A stretch of DNA of 64,000 bases, from assembly GCF_000150275.1 (NCBI RefSeq), contig NW_002060946.1, positions 2,933,454 through 2,997,453 of the forward strand. The letters run 5' to 3'. The notes below the pieces were generated by a model, which saw only the letters and a list, made by a program, of their open reading frames with translations, did no database searches and had not been told where the DNA came from. The DNA is from Trichoplax adhaerens (taxonomy: Eukaryota > Animalia > Placozoa). Of the stretch, positions 1 through 10,900 are shown in pieces (position 1 is the first letter of the stretch; each line of letters opens with the position of its first letter). A program made the translations under genes and the position numbers.

Positions 1-2024
1 AGGAATCACAGATAATTATCCCAGTACAAGAAATTCATTCATAAGCGCTGATTATCAATACAAGTAAAATAATTATTTACACCTAAGGGTTACCTGGTCG
101 AGTAGCCTTGCACATCATGCAAACTCTTCTTATTTTGAAATTGAAATGGCCACACTAATTTACATTTACAGGTATGATTGGTGTTAGAATGTTACATTAT
201 ACAGTCGTAGTTAATGCACATAAAGTGCAGGCAATGTGAACATTTGTTACTATTCATATGCTTTGTTTCCGTAACACAGAAAACATGACAGAATACGATG
301 CCAGTAGTTCGTTAACGGTAACACCTAAGGGCTGCGATGCCCTACTAAGTAGCGGACGTTATTAAATCGTATGATAGTTTCGTCTTCATTTTACGAACTT
401 TGCTACACGTCCAGTCTCGGGGTTTGCTGTATTCGAGATAAGCATTTTGCCCTTGGATTCTTACCATACGCTAACGTAACCGTAAAGATAATTAACCGGG
501 TTAATACAAGTAATTATGCTTTGAATTTCCAATGTCCTTCCCAATTTTGACACCAAATTATTTATGAGATTTAAGGAAAACTGCGCTGACAGCTTGACTA
601 GAGTTAGGCTTATTACCCTACTGTCGTCCATCCATGCTACTGCATTTTTTAATTCGATGAATTCTACGAAAGCAAATCCTCTAGATTCCCCTGCGCAAAT
701 AAAAACACGACAATATTATATCATAGCTAGCCTAACAATACAGCAGTTGATATGCTGTATGCGTAATTATGTACTTCAAATATTTTCATAATATAATCTA
801 TGCTACAGTATGCATCATCGCTCCACAAATAGGCGCACCTGTTTCTTTATTGCGGATAAGCCTTACATCCTTTAGAACATGCTGTTGATCGAAATGGTCC
901 TCAATTATCTTGGAAATCTATAGATAAATGATATCACCGAAAATTTAGTCTACTTCAGTGAAACTACCATTTAGCAGTAAATATAAGCATTGATAGGATC
1001 GCTATATAGAAAATAATACATACATGTTTTTCGTCTACTTTGTACGCTAAATTACGAATAACGATTACACGATTAGGCTCTTCTCTATGATCGCGATTGT
1101 TCCCGTCCCGATTTCGTCTAGATTGTCGTTCGTCATCGTAGCTGCCTCTATCTGTTTCATCTTTTCTGTTATCCTTGCTATTATCGTCGTATTCAGGCCG
1201 TGTATATCTTCTCTTATTATCGACTCTCTAAATAAAAAAGTAAGAGTAGCGTATAACTTGTACCGTGGACAAAGTATAATTTTTTCCATAGGAATTAGTA
1301 TAGTAAAGTCTTGAGATGTTCAATTTGAATAAAACAAAAGTAATAAGTTTTTCGCCAAGATAGTAATTCAGGTAAATAGCTTTATTATACACTTTATATC
1401 GTAGTTACCTCATCTCTACGAGAGTACCCCATGTCAGAGCGGTTGCTGTAATCTGGTGGGCTACGAGAACGCCTTCTATCTCTCCTACGAGTGTAATCCG
1501 GGCTCCTCGATCTATAACGAGAAACCCTTGGACTGAGGCGTTGTCGATCGAATCTTCTTTCATAATATCGTGGACTAGGAGATCTTGCTCGACTGCTTTC
1601 GTTATAGTTTCGTCGGTTACTTTCGTCACAATAATAGTTATCACGTTCGTTACTAAAATATTGCTTATCTTGGGAGCGACGGCCCTGTTGACGGTAGAAA
1701 TCCTCATTATTTCGCCGATATCTAAGGAAGAATATTCTCGTTAGAAAATAGATCATTCAATCTTCCCAACTGCTGTAAATACGCAATCTCAGTTGCGATC
1801 AAGATATTAATTTATGACCGAAATACCTCTACTAAGGAATTGACTCCGTAGTAGGTACAAGTACAGTAAAAGCCTATTTTAGTTGATTACTTCTAATTGA
1901 TGCTGACACTAGATGATAATAATCATGACGCGTCATTGAACAGTTGCTTGTACCTTTCTTGATTATCTGGAGGTGGGTAATCCCTAAAGTCAGAATATTC
2001 ACTGTATCTCCAATCGGATTCCAT
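1..2024 (-). CDS. RBM5: RNA-binding protein RBM5/RBM10-like (RS/RD-rich N-terminus, RRM1, RanBP2-type zinc finger); multi-exon, 3' part lies off the left edge
   Basis: Spliced by eye with GT-AG and consistent phases: 2024-1954 (MESDWRYSEYSDFRDYPPPDNQER), 1721-1409 (RS-rich), 1227-1024 (...EEPNRVIVIRNLAYKVDEKH), 917-839 (ISKIIEDHF...DVRLIRNKET), 690-617 (GESRGFAFVEF, RNP1), 470-399 (...PRDWTCSK), 154-95 (CGHFNFKIRRVCMMC). RRM followed by a RanBP2 finger is the RBM5/6/10 architecture; it is probably the single pre-vertebrate ortholog. Confidence 0.88.
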
Positions 2025-2487
2025 TTTACGTTAATTTTTTGACTATTGAGGTAACAAAGTCTTCGTTGGCTATCTATAACATATATAAGAAAAGCATAAC
2101 TTTTACGATAGAATTCTTTGGCTTTCCGAAAAGGCGTTAAAACAGTGCAAGGTATCATGACAACAGGCGAGTGACTTAAGTTTTACGATCCGTATTTGAA
2201 TAGAAGTCCCTTTTATCTTACTTTAGTTCTATTCTATGTGCGTTCGAGTATTTAATGATCCAATTTACGAAAGATGACAGAAATGGAGCTATAAATCCCT
2301 ACTGTACCGTTAAATTGTCTGCCTTTTTATATACAAACAATATTATTTACACATTACGTTGTGCTCTATTTGGAGAAATTAAAACGCATGACTCTGACAG
2401 ATAGTAAACAGGATCCTGTTTATATTCGATCTTCCTTTCGATTTTGATATCTGCTTCCATAAAAAGTGGCGCCGCTAGTGATAAACT

Positions 2488-2558
2488 ACTTATGATGAAT
2501 TCAGTGGTTGCACGTTAATCGCGTGCGATCATGGACAGCCAAGATAGCTGTCTGAGTA
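2488..2558 (+). ncRNA. Candidate box C/D-type structured RNA with two internal hairpins
   Basis: ATGATGA at 2492-2498 and CTGA at 2552-2555. Between them are a 10-bp stem TGGTTGCACG/CGTGCGATCA (2 G-U pairs on +) and a stem GACAGC/GCTGTC. No guide target identified. Confidence 0.3.
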
Positions 2559-3019
2559 AAATCTCGTTCGAACAGTTAGCGTACCAAGTAGAAACTGAAT
2601 AATTTGCATGCTACATGAGTAAGACACCCAATACGCGTAGTAAGTTGGCACATAGTAATATTTGCAAGGAAAATTTTGAAACAGAATGGGGTCATAAAAT
2701 GCAAGTTTGTTTTTGCTTTACTCTTACAATAAAAAAAAAATAATCAATTTATAATTACACAAGTAATATAATTTACTGTATACGCGTATTACTAGTATTT
2801 ATTACAAAGTAAAGTCTGTCACTAGGTACTTGCAAAGTCAAGTCGTCTCCAGTTGATGAAAATACTGTCAAGACCATCCTATTCAAACTGTCGAGTAAGA
2901 ACATTTCATTACAAGAAGCATCTTCATATGCATTCAACTTTCTTTCTATACTGACTATCAACTAAAATTGATATCCCAGTTTCGATGATGATTTGCTAGC
3001 CATCACGTTCTCTTTGCAT

Positions 3020-3250
3020 CATTTTGTGAGTGTACGCTAGAGATGGGACATTGTGCTTTAGCACACTGGTAGGCATTGGGTAGTGGGCACCACATGCCTG
3101 TGGCTGCCATAGTGTACAGTACGGTACGTGTACATCATGGGCAAAGACCGTCCACTAGTCTTATTACAGATTTACAGTACTGTACAGTTAGGCCTGTTGA
3201 TGGTTTGGTTTTAGCCATGAACAGGCCTAAGTACAGTACTCACAGTCGGT
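3020..3250. ncRNA. Candidate multi-hairpin structured RNA (possibly H/ACA, U17-like) in a predicted leader intron of RBM5
   Basis: Closing stem TGTGAGT (3025-3031)/ACTCACA (3238-3244); internal hairpins at ~3062-3115, ~3144-3162 and ~3176-3240 (TAGGCCTGTT/AACAGGCCTA). GC-richer than its flanks. Strand ambiguous. Confidence 0.35.
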
Positions 3251-3499
3251 TCTCGAGAGCTTACTGTATAGCGCCAATTTTCCCCCCAAAATAATATTCT
3301 ACCCTATTTTAAAACTACTAAGTAAGGACGTAAAACCTTAAACACATTTATAGAGCGATTTAATGTTCTTTAATTAGTAATGATATAAAATCTACTTACG
3401 CTTGAATTATAATTTACCTTGAAATAGACATCTTCAAAGAGACTGGAACGACAACGTTCCAGGAGTTGCCAATCGATTAATGTTGCGCAGTTGTGTGAC

Positions 3500-3700
3500 T
3501 TTTTATTGTACTGCGTACAGTGTACGTCCGATTGCCTGTCCAGAACTCTAGTACAGTACTGTACAGCTCAGTCACAGTACTGTACTGTACAGTACAGTAC
3601 AATGTACAGTACATTACAGTATCCACTCCCTGTAGTACTGTACGTACAGTACAATGTACTGTAAAGTACAGTGTACTGTACTGTGCTGTGCCGTGCCGTA
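3500..3700. promoter_or_regulatory. ACAGT/ACTGT pentamer array marking a bidirectional promoter (RBM5 leader leftward, YAF2 rightward)
   Basis: Dense TACAG/TACTG repeats immediately before the YAF2 ATG (3757) and before a minus-strand exon with a GTAAGT donor at ~3398. Confidence 0.6.
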
Positions 3701-3756
3701 ACGTACCGAAACGAGTAAAGAAAGAGTGTTCAGCTGCACAAAACCGACAATACAAA

Positions 3757-5629
3757 ATGGAGAAACTGAGGTAAGCGTTTATCAATCCGAATGCTGTTTT
3801 TCGATAACATTACTTCCTTTTCTTATATGACAAGATAACTTCAAACTAAAGCAGTCTGCTGCAATCTTCAAGAAATCTCATTAGGCTTCTTGAAATTCAA
3901 TTTGTAAAGACGATTATCATCAAAATTGTTGTTTATCATTTGTTAAACAAAAGCCCATGCAAAATTATCTGAAAGCTAGGATACAAAAGCAAAGCCCGAC
4001 AACTGTTATTTTATAGTTATACGACTCACGTTACGTTTTCATAAGATTCAAAATTGTTAGTTATAGTTACATTATGATAGTGTACTATGGAATGCAACAC
4101 TGATTGCAGTTTACTTCTTCTTCGATGTTATTATTGAAAAGATAGACAACACTATAGAACAGGCGTACAATAATTTTCTGAAGAGTGAAAAAGCAACGAG
4201 TGCTAGCGTATCTCTGAAATTTGGTGATAACACATAATGGATGATTTATTTTAGGAGTAAGAAATCACGATCAAGTAGCGAAGATAGCTATTGGGATTGC
4301 ACTGTTTGCACATATCGAAATATCACTACGGCTTTTAAGTGTTTGATGTGTGATGTTCGAAAAGGCACTTCTACTCGGTAGGAAGAATATTAATTTCAAA
4401 CTATAAAAATGACAACTAATGTATATAGCATTTAACTTTCCTAATTATCTATCTTAACTTGGAAATTGTGCATCAGAGCACTATTTTTACTTTTAATATG
4501 CGTACAATACTGTATGTTATGCTGTAGTGAATCATGAAATATAGAATAATAGATGTAGTTTATGGCATGTTCCGGGTCAAACGATACACAAACTTACGTA
4601 ATTTCGTTCTAGAGATTTCAATTTACTCTTGCATTTGATGTTTTTCATCATACAATAAGATATACTGTAGTTATCGTTTGTTAGAGTAGTACACATAATA
4701 GTATAATACTACAGTACTCTTCTTACTATGCCATTTCTCAGATATTGGTTTATTACATACCAACCATTAATATTTTGATAATGTCGGAGTTCAACTGTAC
4801 ATTGTACAAGCGAATTACAATGTTTAATAAGCTTATGCTGACGAGATCACAATATTTTTACAATTTATCAGCAAGCCCAGAGTAAGTGCCGAAATAGTTG
4901 CCCAACACCTTGCTCAGCAAATAAATGCTATATCTTCAAGAAAACCGAATAGTCATTCGAAGAAAGTTAAGAAGTTACGGTAATTTCGACTATACGAGCG
5001 TATACTAAACAAATCCAGTACAGTTGCCTATTTACCTGAATTTTAATAATTGATTGTACTAGCTAATTAAATTTTCGCGTTGTGCAGCCATGTATTATCG
5101 TAAAATTATATACATTCCAACGTATGAAATCTAACAACTGCAGCAGTAGAGAATAATAGTCATTGCCATTTCTAGTAGATTCAACTATTAGTCGTTCGAA
5201 TCAATGCCTACCATTTATTGATAGCAGTTGAAAAGTTTATTCGTTCTTAACACTTTATCTATGCACCTTTCCTGCTGTAGGACTACCAGTCTAGTTATAT
5301 GGTATCATACTACAATATTATATCCTTCTATTGTGCAATCGTAATCAATCGATAGCCAACATATGTTTAATTGTTAAGTTTTTTATATGTATGTATTATT
5401 GCATGTAAAACTAAATAATTATAATCCTTCTTTAATTATCAAAAGACCGAGGTTAAAAAATGTGGATAGGGACAGTGGACAACAAATGGCTGTTACCGTT
5501 GGATCAGTTACTGTAATCATAACCGATTACAAGGAATTGAAATCGCAAGACAAACGATCTGATAATAGTAGCATAGCTAGTTTAACATCGACCACAAATA
5601 CCGAAAGAAGTAGTAGCAATAAATCATGA
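3757..5629 (+). CDS. YAF2: YAF2/RYBP (non-canonical PRC1 subunit), 4 coding exons
   Basis: Exons 3757-3770, 4255-4377 ([33 protein letters not shown]/RanBP2 finger), 4872-4979 ([11 protein letters not shown]...), 5446-5629 ([31 protein letters not shown], the RING1-binding YAF2_RYBP motif). Confidence 0.95.
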
Positions 5630-6609
5630 CGTTGCTCTTGGATCACCTCTACAATAGTGATTATAATGACTCATTTAACGATTTGTAATGCCATTTTGTC
5701 TACGTGAACAATTCTGTGCCGATAGCTTTGATAGAAATTGATACTTAATCAATCTATTCATATCTGGCGTTACGTAAGATTAAATTGAACTAATTCACGA
5801 TATTCTATACAGTTTATAAGTAGTTATTGTGGACATAAATAGTCTACTCTTAAGTATTATAATATGAAGCTTTTGGTAACTGAATTCTAATTTGATATTT
5901 AATGTCGTATTTACTGTTATATATATATATATAAAACATTAGCTTGCATAATTAATTTACTAGTTATATCTATCGAAATATGCCGGTGCTAAATATAGAC
6001 ATTTCTTTTATGAATATTTCATCTGCAGTCAGCAAGCTAGACAAGGGAATTTTTTAATTGATTTCTTGATAACTAAAAACATCGTGTTAATACCTCGCAA
6101 TAGCTGCCAGATTTTGTGGCACCTAATTGACATTCAATTTTTTGAATACTGTATAATTATATGCTCGTGTTGATATGGACCAAACTTATTTACTAAATCT
6201 ATACTTCCTGTATTGAAAAGTGCTGCGTGAAAGCAAAATCATGTTCGGTACAGACTGTAGTACTGTGCACACGTAATAGACCGTATTGCAGATTGAAATT
6301 ATTTGCTACTATTTGTAAAACCTGAATCAGCCATCTTGTTTATGCTGTAAGACAGATTAGTTTGCGATTGCTTGATCAAGATGGCGTTAACGTATACTTA
6401 ATCTCGCCTCAAAAATTAATTTTTAATTTATATGAGAAAGTAGTACCACAGAACAATTGACCCGTACGACTATATTGCTTGTGCTACATCATCTTAGACT
6501 AGCAAAGGATATAATAATTAACCTAATCTGTTTTTACTCACCCAATAAATGCAAATATAGGCAGTATATTTCGTATATTAATAATTATATTGTCATCGCT
6601 CTGTAATTA

Positions 6610-7400
6610 TACAAGTTGTCATGAAAAGAGATGATTTATTAATGAAATACTTATGAAGAAGCAACTCAGGTTACATTCCATCTGTCTATTTCATTACAGT
6701 TAATATGCATCTCGATGGCTCATTGAGGAGTCTAGAACAGATGTCTGAGATGTTTAACTATGAATTAGTTTACTACAGTACCAAGCAATGGACTCTACTC
6801 AGTCATCAACGAGATGAAGTCCGCAACTACAGCCGCGCTACTGCGTCCTCTGTCGCATGAGTAGCTGCTTTTTAAGATTTCAGTTTACACTATACAATTA
6901 ACTTGATTGTATGCTGTACTGTGTTAGTTTAAGCCCTAGCTGTACGGTAACACGACGAGCTTCAAACCGAAGGAAAATATCATACCTGCAAAAGCCCTTT
7001 CTGGCATCCCCTTGTGCCTGCCGTGCTAAATAAAATGAATGAAATTACTGCTGCAGTAAAATGTACAACAGTAAATTACGTCTGCAAATTGTGCTGTTAA
7101 TTTTCAGCAGCTGCACATGAAGAGTTGGAATAATGAATTAAATTATATATCGCACAACAACGATCAATAAGGACTGCACGTTCATACTGTATACCACTAT
7201 TGATCAACGCATTATTGAATGCATTACGTAGTTCTGCAGCTTTGCATTATTTAGCAATCTACGAAATTGAAAAGTTAAACCTGGAATCTCCCGTCAGCCA
7301 AGGGAAGAATCGTTCAGTACACAGTACGTACTGTACAGTAGACTGTACAGTACAGTACATTGTACGGTTGTCGTAAGAAATGACAGATGGAAGGGAAAGG
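6610..7400 (-). ncRNA. Candidate spliced, hairpin-rich non-coding transcript divergent from UBR4
   Basis: Pyrimidine (TOP-like) starts at ~7400 and ~7310, a donor at 7280, a 40-nt exon 7025-6986 with a good acceptor and GTATGA donor, AATAAA at ~6640-6635, several hairpins, and no ORF >30 aa in the spliced model. Confidence 0.3.
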
Positions 7401-7860
7401 TATTGTCTATCTAATTGTCAAAGAAGTCTGGCTACAGTACTGCGCTTGACTACTGAGTGAGACGGTATACAATATAGTGTATTCAAAATGATCAGGTTTG
7501 AAGCTTTTTCTTTTACAATGCAAAGTCTTCTAGCTCGTCAGTACTGTACTGTACACTGTACACTGTATAGTTATGGGGCTACAGAAGAATTGGTACAGTG
7601 TAGTGCTGAGTCAGGTAGAAACTACCATAGAGCCTGATAGAGAGGTAAGAAACATCGCCGATGGTGTCAAGAAAGGAAAGTAGTCACGTCACGTCCCCGT
7701 CCCCGACTGAGCTGTATGCACTACAGTACTGTACTGTACTGTACTGTACACTGTGTACTAGACTATGACTGTAGTCTACATACTGTAAATCTGGATTATA
7801 GTACTGTACTATGTCATCGTGATGACTAATGACCTATAGCACTGTATATAGTTCTAGCTA
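7310..7860. promoter_or_regulatory. ACAGT/ACTGT pentamer arrays in the UBR4 upstream region
   Basis: Blocks at ~7315-7365, 7535-7570 and 7720-7850, ending ~70 nt before the UBR4 ATG. Confidence 0.55.
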
Positions 7861-7926
7861 CCGTACCGCAGCGTTAAATTAAAAGTTAGCGGCTGCGAAA
7901 GCCAGACATAATCAGACCAATGAAAG

Positions 7927-10900
7927 ATGTCTTCCTCTGGGGAAGCTGAATTATCATGGTCGCGATGTGTTGATTCCTTCGTAAATTCGATTGAAGATCC
8001 TTCCATCAAGTCCGAAGATATTATTGTTGCAACACTAAATGCAAGGTTAGGAAATGCTACTAACAGTCATGAAAGTTGTTATACATTCATAGTATTCGAG
8101 CGAGAAAAAATGAATACTTGGCGTACTTCTTGCACCGCAATTTTCATAGCACATTTCACATTTTATATTTATTATTATTCTATCCCTCTTGCATTTTTCT
8201 ATCAACTACAGTGGGACATTATTATGGGAGCATGACGTTGCAAATAAAGATTTCTTTGCCAATTTCGCTGTACTAGCATCCTATATTTTGTCGAGACGTC
8301 TTGATGCAGGTACAATCACAATAATATTCTCCCAACATTGTTAGCCAAACTTACAGTACTGTATATTGAAATGAGATACTTACTACATAGCAAGACTAGC
8401 GCAGTATAGACATACATCACCGTATCAGACAGAATACTACCGGCAATATGACATTTCCATCTCTTTCTATATGTACGCGTATTAGGTAAACCTGTCAATG
8501 GCGATTTCATCCTATCATGCCGAAAGTTGATCAAGTACTCTATTGAGTTTTTAAAATGTACCGAAAAGTATTCGTTGATTAGAAGTGTAAGTTCAATATT
8601 TGTCACCTTGATACAATGTTAATTTTATTTTTTGCCTCCAGTCAAGATGTGCTGTAGTCTATCAATGTAGGCCTCAATTTATTCTGTAATCTGATTTCTG
8701 AAGTTTGCCTCATTTTTGGATTGAGCTACGATATTTTTGGGGAATATTGCGTTATCAAATAGACTTAGAAATATATTTTTAAATGCTACATTTCGTATGA
8801 ATTAACTGTAAAATTTCCATCGTATTTCTCAGTATCGTGTAATTGAAATAATCAACGCATTATGCTATGGAGCGGAAACACCAGACAAAGACGATATTAT
8901 GGGCATCTTATATGCAAAGTATACCATTAAAGACTCTAAATACCCTGATGATTCATACTTACGCCAGGATACTACTTATAAAGCTCCAATAGCGGCAACT
9001 GCTGATCGGGATCTAGCTTTGCAGCAGTTCTTAACTACTGCTATGGAAGCGAATGCACAACAATACAGTTGCTTACATCAAAATATGATTCATGGCTTTG
9101 TTGACACAACCTTCCATATCCCTTCATTTGATCGACAGCCAAAGAAGGGAAATATCGCATTTTTTTGTCAGTGTGGTGGCCCAGAATTATTATGGTCTTA
9201 CTGTAAGAGTTTAAGCATTTTTAATACGGTATTATCTAAGCTGCATAAAGGGACTGGGACCAATATCAACGTCGGCGACCCACTGTTGCTGTCCAATGCT
9301 GATGATGAACTTGTTGAATTGGTATCCAATAGGTACGTCCATTTGAAAGAATACAATAGAGTAGTAAGCGCTTAGACTAAATGATGGAACAAATGCTTCT
9401 GAGTGTGTTGCATAACTGTTGTACTTATAATTATTAATGTCAATTATATAATAATTGACACAAATGTTTACGTTCCTTCTTTTACAGGCTTAATGATATT
9501 GAAGATCAATTAAGTATTTTATCAAAGTGCATATCATTGATAACCGTTCACGCACTTGAAGATAATGTTATCTCTGATATCGCTTTACTACCACTACTGT
9601 GCATCAAGTGCGCTCTGTTATTCATTGCATCAACAGCAAAGCAATCAACGTTGTCTCAAGATAACTTACAAAATGACCCTCTGAGCATAGTAAAGAATGC
9701 GGTAAGTTAAAAATTTTCGTAACTACAAAATTTATAACCATGTTATTTCTTCGCTTACATACAGTATGCTATCTACGTTATTGTAACTCACAATAATATT
9801 GCTGTTCACAGCTAGTAATTGCCGATACCATTTGTGAAGCATTAGAGAGACAATGCGGCGAAAAGGTATGCACATTGTACAAGATAGCGGTTTTCGAATA
9901 CAACAATTACCGACTAGTTCGTTTAAGTTAAATGATAGTATTTACTCGAAGGTTATTAGTTAACTTTGGAATAATTTTGATGTCATCTCACAGATATCAT
10001 CCAATTTATATACTGCTATTGGAGTGCAAACTATTAATGGGTTACAAATGAGCTTACAACTTGATAAAGATAGAAAAAATTTTAGCGGGTATGTCCTTCG
10101 CTGATTATTGCTAATTGTACTAAGTTTGTGTCCCAGTCGTTCGTAATAAATTATATTGTACTTCATCTTCCATTACATTATCAGGATTAGCCAGCTAGCC
10201 TTATTGATAGGCCCATGGGCAATCTCCGTACTCTCAAGAGTGATACAACGAAATCGTCATGAGGTTTGTTAGTCTTACTTTAAATATTTAGGACAAATAG
10301 ATTACTCAGTTACTCCTCAGGAAATAAAGCAATCAATACCTTCTATATCAGACATTTCAGGATTCAGACAGTGTAGATAACTTGGACTTGCTGAAGCCAC
10401 ATTTTGCAGATCACCAAATAAGCTTTATTTTATCATCTGTTCCAATTTTTGATAATCTACTCAGTCTCATATATGATACATTTTCAAATGTAAGTATATT
10501 ACTGGTCTATCTCATTTATACTGACTTCTAAACTTTCGAATACACCTTATTAGTAACGTTTATTGTAATGTGTTATAATTTATGCTTAATTTCATTACTT
10601 GTCTTATTTCATATTATCGAAAATAGTGTACATCTGTGGCTAAAAAATCTCTATCCTCAAGCAGTGGATCAAAAAGCTCATTAGAAGGCGGAGTATCTAA
10701 AGTTCCTATTAGTGGATTTGAAGACCATGAAAGCAGTAGTTCTGATGATGGTAATCACAAATGATTAGTAATGTATTGTTGCTGTAGTATTTTATTTTAC
10801 GTAAAATAGAATAATCCTAGATACGTTCTACAAATTTTAAAAATTTTACAGCATGTTGACTACATCGACTTCAAATCACTATCAGTAGTTAGCAGCTATA

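Noticed and set aside
3477-3785. ORFs 3477-3785(-) and 3520-3774(+) rich in YSTV/TVLY
   Set aside because: Translation artefacts of the ACAGT pentamer array.
6610-6730. Possible SECIS element
   Set aside because: ATGA-AA-GA spacing does not fit, and no upstream in-frame TGA ORF was found.
6838-6858. MRQRTQ* on minus, resembling the RPL41 C-terminus behind a TOP-like start
   Set aside because: The basic MRAKWRKKRMRRLKRKRRK portion is absent.
7158-7208. Paired GATC motifs reminiscent of the 7SK HEXIM-binding stem
   Set aside because: Bulge geometry differs, it lies in a predicted intron, and no other 7SK or Pol III features were seen.
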